The notes: generated by a model from the sequence alone, not told the origin. 63,767 bases of DNA, filler included, from Neolecta irregularis DAH-3 (GCA_001929475.1; 14 parts of 14 records of this genome joined end to end with filler, not necessarily neighbours in it); one strand, 5' to 3'. Shown: positions 38,036 through 50,686, numbered from the whole stretch's first letter. Program-made: numbers and translations.

Positions 38036-39881
38036 CTATTTGCGCAACGGGTGTTTCATTCGGTGGGCGGGCTTAGTAATCCCCCCCGGCCGGGCGCCGC
38101 GGTGGGGCACATGGGTAATCACCTCAATGAGAGAGTCTCCTACTGAAGTCCCCATAGTATTTCGCAACATTTTAGAGCCAAATGAAGTATCATGGAGATC
38201 GCTTTGACGAACCTTGTAAACCCATGATAATAAGAATGTCATCATCTCGTATATGGCCTTTGGTGGAAGTGGGTTATTAAATTCTATATTTCGGATCGTA
38301 CATTGCGCTCGTAATGTGCCCGACCAATGTTATTGCCAATTTTTGCTGAAGCTCGGGCTCAGGCTCAGGTTGAGGTGATTGCTCTGTCAAGATCACGTCA
38401 GAGTCTGGTGTAAACTTGATAATCTCGAATATCCTACCGCCCTCTGTACTGAACAAGTTATCGTCCTCTGGGTTGAGCATGTTATCGTCCTCTAGACTGA
38501 ACAAGTTATCGTCATCTGGACTAAACAAGTTATCGTCCTCTAGACTGAACAAGCTATCGTCAACTGGACTGAAGTTATAGCCCTCTAGACTGACCAAGTT
38601 ATCGTTCTCTGGATTGAACAACTTACCGCCGCGTGGCATCCGAAGCTGCGTTGCCCCTGCTTCAGGCCCAAGAAGCTTGTCTGTCTCTTGTAGGTATATA
38701 TTACAAGCCTTATCGACCCTCTTCTCCGCTTGGTCAGTATTACCATCTGTAGATATGTAGGTGATCTTATCATAGGATGGCCCAGCCGTTATTGTCACAT
38801 AGTGTCCTGAATCGAACGAAACGACCAATACACGAGGGCGGATATTATCCAAAAGTGGCGCCTCCCCGATGGAAAAGTAATACTCGTTGGAACGATACGC
38901 GTGTAAACTTGGTCCGTACAACTTGAGAAAAATTAATACAAGTCGATCAAAGTAAGTCGAAGATTTAGGATGTTCAACATTCCATGACCTGAGTGCAAAA
39001 ATGAGTGACTTTCGATCGAGATTATCCAATGGCAAAGCCGTCATAATACTCGAGGGTCTAGGGCCGACATCTATCTCACGTTTTACACCAACGTCCCAGC
39101 AATGGGAAATAAAATCGTAGAGATCCTTGTAGTCGACCGCTTCGTCGTCATCATCTTGGCTCTCATCTTGGTTGTCATCTAGGTTGTCATCTTCGTTGTC
39201 ATCTTCGTTGTCATTGAGCGAGGCAACATAGCGGTTACATGCCAGCGATATGAATTCATCTAGGGAATTTTTGGGATAAAGTTCAGAAAATAAGTACCCA
39301 GTGTCCACAAAATCGTATTTAGCGGCGAGACTAGAACATAAGACGACTTTTCAAATTTCAACTTCATACTCATATTGCGACCGCAACGCATGGTCTTCAA
39401 TAAGGGGATTACGACGTCGCTTTATCTCACTCTGGATAACTGATGCTCCTTGAGCAAAGTGGTAGCAGTTGAGTTGAGAGTCGACATTCGCCAAAAGGAA
39501 AGAGTGACAGAAAAAGGGGGCATTGAAGCAGTTTGCAGCACAAGTTTCTTCTGGAGCTAACGTTTCCAAACCCAACTCCTTGGAGAGAGTCGTAAATTGA
39601 GCGGCCGCTGCTAAGGTATCGGGATCTACGACCGTACCGCCATTAACCTGTTTGAAATCACCGAGGTACTGCTTTGCAACGGAAAGCTTTCCGTACAACG
39701 CGACGAAACCAAAATCGACAACATGCTTGTGAAAAGTGGAAAGATTCGGGGTGGGTGTCTCTTTTAAACAACTTTTCGACCGAGACATCACTACAGAAAG
39801 AGCAAATGGCTGAGACTTTCTCAACACGGATGCTTCCGCATGTGGAATGTGGTCGTCTCCGGCTAAATCCATCATAGCCAA
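38036..39881 (-). CDS. Lineage-specific multicopy family member, with an intron about 39332-39370 and a frameshift near 38290 (possible pseudogene)
   Basis: ORFs 39351-39881 and 38277-39308 join via a GTATGA...TAG intron; the downstream frame NIEFNNPLPPKAIYEMMTFLLSWVYKVRQSDL matches the 58888-59472 paralog only after an 8-nt indel. Confidence 0.6.
38445..38622 (-). repeat. 24-bp coding tandem repeat (EDDNLFSL/P), about 7 copies
   Basis: GTTATCGTCCTCTAGACTGAACAA-type units. Confidence 0.85.
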
Positions 39882-40741
39882 ATTTCTGAAAGCTCTGGTT
39901 CAATATCAGTCATTTGGAGATCAAACAGCGTCGGGGGCCATTATTTTCCATGCGTTTGCACAGACCTCTGAATCAGTTTGCGCTGATTCATGCTGCATGG
40001 CCTGTTCCAGACAGACTTCTCCCCTTTGTATTTTATCTTGTCTTTCTGCAAGATTGGCGGGGCAGGTCTGAGCTTCCCAGTTTCTCTTCCTTTCACTTCC
40101 GCTACTGTCCTCTTTTCTGTTTCTTCGCCGCCTTGCCTAGAATATTGCTCAGTTGGGGTGTCTGACAGGGTTTTCCGTTCAGATTACAAGATTCCAGGCA
40201 CACATTCACAGTGTAATCAAATCGCGTACTTGAGTTTATCCGGGCTGGAGTGGTGAGTGGGTGTGGAGGGCAGGCAGAATAGTCCACGTGGGGCTGCGGA
40301 GGGCATGGAACGCTCTGTAGGCAGATGGGCGGTTCCAAAGAAGACGAGGGCCAGGAGCAGGTACTCAGAATGGGATCAGAGCCGGCCTTAGAGGCGGAGG
40401 CTGCGGATATGGTGAGCGGGTTGAGGAAAGAGTGTTGAGAGATACCTCTCGGTCTCTGAGAGCCTCCCACCACCGTATAATACCCTTGGCTCTGACAAAG
40501 CTTCAAGCAGCCAAACATGCAAGAATCAAACTTCTGTGTTGAGCAATAGCCTGGATAGGAAGCTGCATTGTATGAATGAACTACATCGATCTATCATAAT
40601 AGAAAAATATCTCATACAAATTAATCTTGGAAGCCAGTCGGGTTGTAAGAGTCACAGTTCTTACAGTAGGAATCGTGATGGTATATCTCGCCATCTCACG
40701 TGGAGATGTGTTATCAGTTGTATATAAACCTNNNNNNNNNN

Positions 40742-40858
40742 CCTCTGGATTGAACAACTTACCGCCGCGTGGCATCCGAAGCTGCGTTGCCACTGCTTCA
40801 GGCCCAAGAAGCTTGTCTGTCTCTTGTAGGTATATATTACAAGCCTTATCGACCCTCT
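40742..40858 (-). repeat. Near-identical copy of about 38607-38722 (alternate allele or paralog fragment)
   Basis: ATQLRMPRGGKLFNPE segment with 1-2 substitutions, lying after a 10-N gap. Confidence 0.85.
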
Positions 40859-40958
40859 NNNNNNNNNNNNNNNNNNNNNNNNNNNNNNNNNNNNNNNNNN
40901 NNTTAATTAATTAANNNNNNNNNNNNNNNNNNNNNNNNNNNNNNNNNNNNNNNNNNNN

Positions 40959-43613
40959 TTGGATTGCACCAAAGTCTGCATAGTTCGATTAGAAGACCTA
41001 CCTGCTTACTGTGGAATCTGAACCTGTCAGAATAGAATTCTTGTTCAACTTTTGTCAGTTTTTCTTAGTTAAGAAAAGAAGGACCTAAATCTTACTTGTG
41101 GCATTAGTATCAGGAATTGACCATCATATCAAGTTTATCTGAAGTTATTGGGACCGTCCCTATTATACTGAGTTCAGTAAGTTTAGGTAACTTCACATAA
41201 CTCGGTTAGTCATTATATTGCATCTGAGTTATCTTGCCTACACTGCTATTTTAACTTTCTTTTTCAGGCGGCTAATGTGTACAACAGGGTGGATCTTGGA
41301 GGAAGGGGGTAATTCGAGTTTGTAGGAAATCACTGATAGTTTTTTAGTGATTTGAAATGGGCTGATATAGCATTGCTGTAATTTCAGCGAGAGCAACTCC
41401 TGCTTACCATCCGGGATTCACATAAGGTTTCCATCAACAGGAAAACTTTGTCTTTGACTTCAAATTCCTTGTGTCACCTATGCTTATCTGCTGATGCTTT
41501 CTGTGATAGTTGCACCTTTTTCAAGCTCCCTTGGGCCTTTTCGAAGATATCGTGGAAATGTTGAGAGAAGTTCTTCACCGATGGCTCCATATGCGAAAAT
41601 TCAAAATCCTTTGGTGCTCTTGGAATGTATCTGATATCCGCTTCAAAAGGTGCACAATTCATTGATGCAGACATTGATGAATTATAGGAGAACTCTGCTA
41701 TCCCAAGAAGCTTTACCCAATCCTGGTCATCTTTGATGAACAACCTTAGGTAATCTTCCACAACTCAATTCATCAGTTCTGAAAGTCTGTCGGTCTGAGG
41801 AGGCCAGTGATAAAATCCATGGTAATATCCATCCATTTCAAATTGGGTAAGTCTAATGGATTTAGGAGTCCTAACTTCCCACGAGTATCTGCCTTAACTA
41901 GTGTGCATTGCGAGCATGAGTTGCAGAAGCTGTAACTTGTACTGACATCTTCTTCTAATAAAATCGTTGTGGCATTTTGTCTTGGGGACTGGATGTCCAC
42001 TCGACAGATCGTCATGGTAAGCCTGGAGTAATACTAATCTGCATCCTTTGGGGACACAAATTCAATTGTTCCAGAGTAGCAACTCATCATCCAACTTGAA
42101 ATCCAGGATAATCCTTCAGTTTTGAAGTTCCATTAGAATTGAGAACCACTCACTATCTTTCAACTCCTGGTTAACTTGACTTAGCCACTTAGAGTCTTCC
42201 TGCAGTCTGACAGCTTGACATTCAAACCTCGGCTTACATGAAAATGTGTCAGATACCAGGTTTAGTGCCCCTGGTAAGTATTCCACCTCAAACTCCGGGA
42301 ACTCCGCCATAAACACTAGGATTCGGATTTGCTTTGGGTTTAACTTCTGCTGTTTCAGTATATACTGCAACTCTTGATGATCTGTTCAAATTTTAAATTT
42401 TGTCCCATGAAGGTATGGTCAAAATTTCTCAAGTGCCTTTTTAATCGCGAATTGCTCCTTATCATGGGTCGTCCAATTCCATTGATACTTTTTGAGTTTT
42501 TTTGACATAGACATCACCAGATGTTCTTGACGATCCTCCCCTAGCTGAGATAGTACAGTGCTAATTCCTATACCAGAAGCATCACAAGTGAGTATTGATG
42601 GTTTCTCATAGTCGTGTTGCACTAATACAGGGGTCCAGGTAATATTAACCTTTAGAGTTTCAAATGCCAGTTCTTGATCAACCCCCCATGTCCAGGGTTT
42701 ATCTTTCTGAGTAAGCTCTGATCAAGGTGCACCGATCATCACAAAGTCACTGACAAACCCTTGATAGTATCCAGCAAGGCCCAAGAACCCTTGGACCTCT
42801 TTGATGGTTTTCTGGGCTGGCCAGTCCTTAATTGCTGAAACCTTGGCTTCTTGTACCTCAACTCCTTGTGCTGATATTGTGAAACCGACCCATTCAATAG
42901 TCTGTTTCTCGAACTCACATTTCTTGAGTTTCACGAAAAGTTGCTGACTCCTTAATCTTTCCAGAACATTATTTAAATCTATGTTATGCTGCTCTTTACT
43001 TGGTGAAAAAACAGATATTGCAGCAGTAATCGAGTCCATTCAATGCGAGGTTCATCATTTGGATAAATGTCGCCGGAGCATTTCCAAGTCCAAATGGTAG
43101 TACTAACCATTCAAAATGACCAATAGGGGTCTTGAAGCCACTCAAAGATATAGAATTTGTCTCAATTCTTTGCTGATAATATCCAGATGCAAAGTCGAGT
43201 TTCAAAAACTATCATACATTGTCAATGCAATCAATCATCTCATCGATCCTTGGCATTGCTGTTGCATTCTTTTCAGTATTGCTGTTCAAATCGTGGTAAT
43301 CAACACACATCCATAAGTCACCAGATTTCTTCTTTGTAAACCTGCAGACTGCTCCATACTGTGACGAACTTGGTCTGATAAATATTCTCTCTACCAGATC
43401 TTTGATTTCTGTTCTTAACCATTTTTCTTCTAACACTGACAATCTAGGCATTGGGCGATTTATTGGTCATCTCACCAGGTTAATGAGGAGGATTTCATGG
43501 TCTTTATCAAGTTTCAGGGGAAATAGGAACTGTTCATTGTAGACGTTCTTATTCACATGCAGTACACTCTCCATTTCTGGTGAAATGGAAGCCTGCTGTT
43601 CACTGGTATTTAC
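40959..43613 (-). mobile_element. Decayed Ty3/gypsy LTR-retrotransposon pol (RT-RNase H-integrase)
   Basis: FIRPSSSQYGA, LWMCVDYHDLN, KLDFASGYYQ, FKTPIGHFEWLVLPFGLGNAPATF, LFVKLKKCEF, FLGLAGYY, TCDASGIGI, ITMDFITGL, AEFSYNSS, HPVVHISRLK; many stops and frameshifts. Confidence 0.93.
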
Positions 43614-43938
43614 NNNNNNNNNNNNNNNNNNNNNNNNNNNNNNNNNNNNNNNNNNNNTTAATTAATTAANNNNNNNNNNNNNNNNNNNNNNNNNNNNNNN
43701 NNNNNNNNNNNNNCGGGCCAGCGGGAAGAGTGAGGCCAGGCCAGACTTGGGGGGGTGGCGCCGGCGATAGAAGAACACGCGGGCGGCAGGCGGACCAGTA
43801 GCCAGCGGGGCGGCAAACAACCGCTAATTGGTTCTGAGGGAGGACCATCCACTCCACCAGGCTTGCTTTGCCATACTATACTGCACCCATCCTCGCGTCT
43901 CTGTAGTTGCTGCGGGGCGCCGAGCCGGACTACGCGCA

Positions 43939-45584
43939 ATGCAGCTCTCGACGCGGATCCTGGCCTTTGTGCTGTCGCCCTGGCTGATTATGCTGGCGAC
44001 GACGGCACTCTTTGGGGCGCTGTATCTGCAAGTGCTGGCTGCGTCTCGCTCCGAGCTGACCTGCGGCAGGGGCTACTTCCGCCCACGGCTGCATTTCCCG
44101 TACCCGTCGCATCCCGCGGAGCTGTTCTGGCGGCATCCGTGCCGCCGCCGCCGCCGCTTCAGAGCCGATCCGCTGGCAGAGCTGCGCCGCGCCCGCGCCT
44201 GTGTCGCGCACCCGGTGTTCTGGACAGACATGGCCGAGCCGTCGCCGCTGACGGTCTCGCTGGGCGACGACGTCTCGCTGCGCGCCTTCTTCTGCCACAG
44301 CCAGGACGCGCTCTCGTGGGACGCCGCGCTGCAGCACGTCTGGCCCGCCGTCTTTGCCGACTCGGGCTTCGGCAGGGCTGCGTTCTATGCCGCAAGCAGG
44401 CGGTGTCTGGCCGGCGCGTTCAGTCCGCCGCGCGTGCTGCTGTACCGCCGCGCAGTCGCCAGTCACATCGCAAGTGCGCTCGCCGCCCTCGAGGCCTGCG
44501 GGGATGTCGCGGCCTGGATAGACCGGCTGGTGCTGCGTATCCTCGTGTCGGTCGTCTTCGGCGACGGCGAACAGCGGCTGGCCGAGCTGACTCGTCTGAG
44601 CGGCGACATCGCGGCCAGCATCGCACGCAGCCGCAAGCTCAAGTCACTGGCCCGGGACAAGGCGCGCTTCGACAGCCTGGTGTCCAGCATCTTGAACGAG
44701 AGACTCGCAGATCTCGAGAAAGCTCCCCGAGACGATTCCTACGTCCAGTACCTTGTTGCATCATCGCAAAAACTTCCCGAACCGGCAACGGCACCGTCCG
44801 CTGTGCCGTCCCCAGCAGACATCAATGTCTCTCCCATCCTTTCAAAATCCTCTCCTGAAAACGACCAACGAACCCTCGTGGACAAAGACATACCCACGCA
44901 CCTTCTCGTTACAATTCTCCAGTCACGCCTATTGTTGGCAAATTTATCTACATGGCACTTGCTCAATCCAAGCACCCCGATCCCAACTCTCCAGCGCTCA
45001 AAGTCGCCGCTATTCCTGCTGAAGAAAGCAATGAGGCATACCCTTCTCTCGAAAACTCTCGTCCCAAAGGGCACCCTGTTGGCAGTAAGTCCAGCATACG
45101 AANNNNNNNNNNTCAGCGCTCAAAGTCGCCGCTATTCCTGCTGAAGAAAGCAATGAGACATACCCTTCTCTCGAAAACTCTCGTCCCAAAGGGCACCCTG
45201 TTGGCAGTAAGTCCAGCATACGAACATAGCGAGCGCACCAACATCTTTCTGCCTGCAAGCAGACATAAACGCACCAGCAGTGTTCCCTCTACCGCTAGTA
45301 TCGCATCCCCAAACTCGACACCTATGGGAAGTAGGGATCATTTACTGAACCCTAACAGCTCGAGACAAGTTGGAGATAACCCAGTAAATCAACTTGTCCT
45401 TCGACGATATCCCATGGAGTATCTTTTTTTGGAAATTGTTCAGATTCTCGGAGACACAGTCAATCGAAAATTCGATGTGGCTACCAATGGAGACGGAATC
45501 CGGTATGCTGATTCGAAAGGATTATTCCTTGCCTGGCCTGAAAACCAAGTATTTATTAAACAAAAAGCTGATGCTGAGGTTTAA
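43939..45584 (+). CDS. Highly divergent CYP51-like cytochrome P450-fold protein lacking the heme-Cys motif (about 507 aa once the duplicated 45114-45224 segment is merged)
   Basis: N-terminal TM; DPLAEL..., PVF, TVSLG, LSWDAA...PAVF, RDKARFDSLVSSILNER, DSYVQYL, DKDIPTHLLVTILQS...LSTWHLL and LVPKGTLLAVSP align by eye to CYP51; no FxxGxxxC. Confidence 0.6.
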
Positions 45585-45753
45585 CTTTTCTGGGGGGGTT
45601 CACGGTGGAGTTTAGCATTTCGTAACTTATTTCTCTTTTTTTTATTATTGATGGATATGTTCGTTAGGATTTTTAGGGTTGCATACATTATTCCTTTGTC
45701 CTTAGAACCGTTAAATACAGTGATTAAATCCCTTTATATATTATGGACGTTCT

Positions 45754-46962
45754 CTATACTTGGCTTTCTGTCTTGATTTCAGGCGTGTCTAATAGCGAGC
45801 TTTCAGCAGGTGGAATCGTAGATAAATTCTCAACACCAGAAACAAGCTCATCCATTCCCTTTGGTGTAGGCGAGCCGATTACATCAATTTGTCGAGGGAT
45901 ATCAGGTACAGGTGATCCTCTGGTCCTTCTTGGCCGATTAGCTGCAGGTGCTTTACGACGGTCTCGTAGTTGCATTCCTGGTGTTAGTAGTTGTGATTCG
46001 GAAGGAGAGGTGGAATCCCATAGTCCATCAAACGTTGATGATACGGCTGCTGTATATGCGTCCCGCTCTTTAAGTAAGAGCTTCTTGCAATGAAGAATCT
46101 TCTCCAAGATTCCTAGTCGTTGTGTTGTGCAATATTGTTCTATCGGAAGAAACTTTTCAGGCTGCGAAAGTCCTGACAGATGGCTCATTACTCCGCTTAT
46201 TATTGCACGGTCCGAATACCCTCCTTCCATAACACTAAGAATTTTCGAATTTGTCTTTTCGGCCAGAATGACCGAATCGCGAGTAAACCTGTCGTAGAAC
46301 AAAGTTGGGACATTGACCTTGTGTCGTTGCATTGCCGGTGTTTCATGTTCTGAAGCATCAAAACCTGCAGACAAGACTACCAAAGTCTTTCCCTTTGTGT
46401 GCTGACTAAGAAATTTAAACGCGTGGGTGAATAATACAGAATATTTGTCCTGATAAAGCTTATCGAATTCTTCTTGCAATTTGTACCCTTCGAGGTGAAC
46501 GTTCCAAATATATTGACCGTGTCCATCCAGACACAGACTCGCCCCAAATATTTTCTCCCGGTCGCCGTTTTCGCATGGGAAACTCTCGATATCGTGAAGA
46601 GAGAAATATCCATATTTAATATCCTTTTCAGATTCGTTTAATCGGTATACAATTTCTTGACTTCCGTCCCCGTGATGCAAATCGAAATCCAAAATCGCAA
46701 TCCTCGTAACGCCGTAATTTTCAACCGCATACGCCGAACCAATCATTATATTATTAATCAGACAAAATCCGCTGGGATAGTTTGAAGTGCAGTGGTGCCC
46801 TGGGGGTCGGATATTAACGTGTACTTTATCATATTTGGATTCGTTCGAGTAAAGCGCGTCGATTCCATCGTAGACTCCGCCCATACAGGCTTTCAAGGCT
46901 TCTTTGCTTTCTGCAGCAAGATAGAGATCGCCGGTATGATATTTCTCCGACGGTAATTCAAC
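45754..46962 (-). CDS. HOS3: Histone deacetylase Hos3, 5' end lost in the gap
   Basis: GDLYL, IRPPGHHC...PSGFCLINN, ILDFDLHHGDGSQEI, YFSLHDIESFPCENGD, HGQYIWNVHL, SAGFDASEHE..MQRHKVNVP, MEGGYSDRA. Confidence 0.92.
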   Translation of the reverse strand, partial: VELPSEKYHTGDLYLAAESKEALKACMGGVYDGIDALYSNESKYDKVHVNIRPPGHHCTSNYPSGFCLINNIMIGSAYAVENYGVTRIAILDFDLHHGDGSQEIVYRLNESEKDIKYGYFSLHDIESFPCENGDREKIFGASLCLDGHGQYIWNVHLEGYKLQEEFDKLYQDKYSVLFTHAFKFLSQHTKGKTLVVLSAGFDASEHETPAMQRHKVNVPTLFYDRFTRDSVILAEKTNSKILSVMEGGYSDRAIISGVMSHLSGLSQPEKFLPIEQYCTTQRLGILEKILHCKKLLLKERDAYTAAVSSTFDGLWDSTSPSESQLLTPGMQLRDRRKAPAANRPRRTRGSPVPDIPRQIDVIGSPTPKGMDELVSGVENLSTIPPAESSLLDTPEIKTESQV

Positions 46963-47062
46963 NNNNNNNNNNNNNNNNNNNNNNNNNNNNNNNNNNNNNN
47001 NNNNNNTTAATTAATTAANNNNNNNNNNNNNNNNNNNNNNNNNNNNNNNNNNNNNNNNNNNN

Positions 47063-49400
47063 CCGCCATCACCAGCGAGCCGGACGAGTATCTCAACGGC
47101 GGCTATACCCTCCGCCAGGGCATCCACGGCAGGGAAACGCAGCTCTTCGTCGCCATCACAATGTACAACGAAGACGAAATCCTCTTCACCCGCACAATGC
47201 ACGGCGTCATGCGAAACGTCGCCCACCTCTGCTCCCGTTCAAAAAGCCGCGTCTGGGGCAAACAGGGCTGGAAGAAAATAGTCGTTTGCATCGTTGCAGA
47301 CGGCCGCAGAAAGGTCCATCCAAGGGTCCTAGACGTCCTTGCTGCCATGGGCGTCTATCAAGACGGCATCGCCAAGAATCTCGTCAATGGCCGCGAAGTC
47401 AAGGCCCATTTGTATGAGGTACAACCGCTTTTCACACCTTTTTCTTACAATAGTACACAACCCAAGTCTCTCTTGACCCAGACTTGAAATTCAAGGGCGC
47501 GGAACGCGGAATCGTCCCTGTGCAAGTCATGTTTTGTCTCAAGGAGAAGAACGCAAAGAAACTAAACAGTCACAGATGGTTCTTTAAAGCTTTTGCTCCC
47601 GTATTGAAACCAAACGTTTGCGTTCTCCTCGACGTAGGAACACGTCCCGGAGAAAAATCAATTTATCATCTATGGAAAGCTTTTGATAACAATTCCAATG
47701 TTGCTGGTGCTTGTGGCGAAATCAAGGCTATGAAAGGAAAAGCTTGGGTCGGCTTGTTGAATCCCCTTGTTGCTTCTCAAAACTTTGAGTACAAGGTATT
47801 CCTACTCTTTCCTACATACATTGCTTATTCTCTAGATGTCAAACATCCTTGATAAGCCTTTTGAAAGCGTTTTTGGATATATCTCTGTACTGCCCGGTGC
47901 TTTCTCAGCATATCGCTATATCGCTCTACAGGATGATAGCACCGGTCGAGGTCCCCTCGATTCCTATTTCAAAGGGGAGACTCTCCATGGCTCAAGCGCA
48001 GATATTTTCACCTCAAACATGTATCTTGCTGAAGATCGTATTCTCTGTTGGGAGCTAGTTGCCAAACGAGGCGAAAAATGGGTACTAAAATACGTTCCTG
48101 CTGCCCATGGTGAAACGGATGTTCCAGGTACTCTTATATTCAAGCTTGTACTAATGAATTAGATGCAGTTGCAGAATTCATTAGTCAACGTCGTCGGTGG
48201 CTAAATGGAGCCTTCTTCGCCGCCGTCTACGCCTTGTCTCATTTCCAACAAATTTGGCACACAGACCATTCCTTTATGCGAAAAATCGCTTTGCACATTG
48301 AATTCTTTTATCAATTGTGGGGTTTAATGTTCACTTTTGTATCCTTGGCGAATTTCTACCTTGCTTTTTATTTCACTGGTGCTTCGATCGCTCGATTAGA
48401 TCCTTTTGGCCATGGATGGGGTTTACGAAGTTTTGTCTTTATGAAGTATATTTGTGTACTGTTGACTGCTGGTCAATTCATCTTATCTATGGGTAATCGA
48501 CCCCAAGGGTATTCTCTCCGTTCTCATTAGCTCACACTCACTTTTTTCTTTTTAGGACTCGTTCAATGTTTGTCACTAGCATGGTCGTCTACGGGTGTAT
48601 TATGCTTTACACCATATTCTGCGCATTTTACCTCATGATATATTCACTCCAACGCGCAATCGTTGACAATAATATCGGGTTTGGAAATAACCCCTTCACC
48701 GATATGGTATTTTCAGCAAGTGCAACATATGGCATATATTTTCTCATGTCGATTCTATACTTGGATCCATGGCACATGCTCTCCAGTTTTCCTCAATATA
48801 TAATTCTCCTTCCATCATACGTCTGCACACTACAAATCTACGCGTTTTGCAACACGTATATCGTCCCTTTTTTTCTGTAGTAATTTAATGTCTAGGCACG
48901 ATGTAAGTTGGGGCACAAAAGGCGATACAACAATTCATACGGATCTAGGAGCAGCCGTCGTAAAGGGAGATATCGTTGAAATTGAAATGCCATTCGAACA
49001 ACACGATATTGATACGACGTACAATGAAGCCCTTGCAAATCTCAGGGAACGTAAAAAATTGGACGATGTCCCACGAAACGAAGGTCAAATACAAGAAGAT
49101 TACTATCGAGAGATCAGAACCCGTCTTGTACTCATTTGGCTCATTGCAAATGGAACTCTAGCTATGGCTGTCTCTGAGCTTTTCGATCGTGGCTTTAATG
49201 GAGGTGTTATTTACCTCAAAATTACGATATGGATGGTCGTTGCCCTCGCTTTCTTTCGCGCTCTCGGAAGTTTATTCTTCTTGCTAATTAACCTTGTTCA
49301 AAGAATCGGACGATCGAAATATGTTCAGCCTAATCTTCCGCAATTTAAACGCCCAAAGTTTACTGAATTGAAGTTGGAAAAATTTACTGAGAAAGCTTAA
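47063..49400 (+). CDS. Chitin synthase, division 1 (probably class II), 5' end lost in the gap
   Basis: [77 protein letters not shown]. Confidence 0.95.
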
Positions 49401-50358
49401 TCTTTTTTTTGGAGGTCAGACTAGATGTCGTGGGGAGCGTATTAGTTTTGGGATAGTCAGGATTTGTATAATATTGGAACGATTAATAATGCATGGTTGA
49501 TTGCCCTCTTGATTCTGCGACAAATACATGTTTTCTTACGGCTTTCTTACGGCATCGACAAATTGAACTTTGGAGGGACAAAAAACTGGTCAGACAAGGG
49601 CTATGAGCTCAAAGTAGCGATAGGCGGTGGCTAATTCAGTTGCGCGAAAAAAAGATTTCATCATGTATTCAAAGCCGCTTTTAACCTAATTACAGATAAT
49701 TACAATAAAAGAACGAGTCAGAAAACGACGGCCACCCAGATTCCGAAGCTTCCGAAGAAACCATCGGAACCCAGAGTTCATCGAGCCCAAACTAGATTCC
49801 AAAGAACCACGGAGCGAAAACCTCACTCGACGGGCGACCGCGTTTTAACTCATCAACCTCGTTGGATTACTGTGACTAGATTGGAAATCTAGTGTTGGAC
49901 GTTTACTAAATAGATGATCCTATGAAGTAAAGTCGACGGAGAAAAAAGACGCAGGTGGATGCCTTTTATGTCTTCGCTCACGTGTTAATTTACGGTAATT
50001 CTTTGGAAAAAATAAAAAAATAAAATTAGCGGTGGTATAGAATCACTTTAGATAACCAGGGGCAAAGCAAGTTGGCACTCGACTATTCTGATTTCCGGCG
50101 ATGTGTTTTGCTTTGGAATTAATACTGTTTATGTGTATGGATGAGAATTCATAACATGCGAAAATTCTATCGGATTCGGTATTTGCAGGATGATTTGGTA
50201 TACGATGGTGGCTTTGAGAAGTAACCACGTATATTATGATGCGGTTAAAGCCTATTGACTAGTCAGACTAGGCCGCATTTATCTTTTAACAATCTTGCAT
50301 TCTCTCATTTTGTCCCTATTGGTTTCATCTTTGCTGGAATTGGCAGCGCTCTCAACCA

Positions 50359-50686
50359 ATGCCCTTATCTGGATATTCAAAGTTACTTGCCTCCCACATC
50401 CGGATATTGGTGGCTTCTTGCGGTCTTACTCAATGTAGCGGTAGCGTCACCATTCATGGCCATTCGTTGTTTGTCTCTCCCCCGACAAATAACGTTTACC
50501 TCGTCCCAGAAGGTGATGCATGTAAGGGTGAATTCTACTTCACGAGCAACAAGATTTTAATGGATGTATAATCAAATTCTGGACCATGTGTTCTAATTGT
50601 CCAGATTTATGGAGCCACCACCTATGTCGATGTCGACGGCAGTTTAAAATTCACAAACTCTTCAATCCCACAAGGAGGAAGAGCAT
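50359..50686 (+). CDS. Possible 5' part of a small secreted or cell-wall protein, truncated by the gap
   Basis: ORF joined by a GT-AG intron (about 50566-50604) to IYGATTYVDVDGSLKFTNSS. Confidence 0.3.

Noticed and set aside
43755-44858. 367-aa Arg/Ala-rich alternative-frame ORF
   Set aside because: GC-rich shadow of the P450-like frame.
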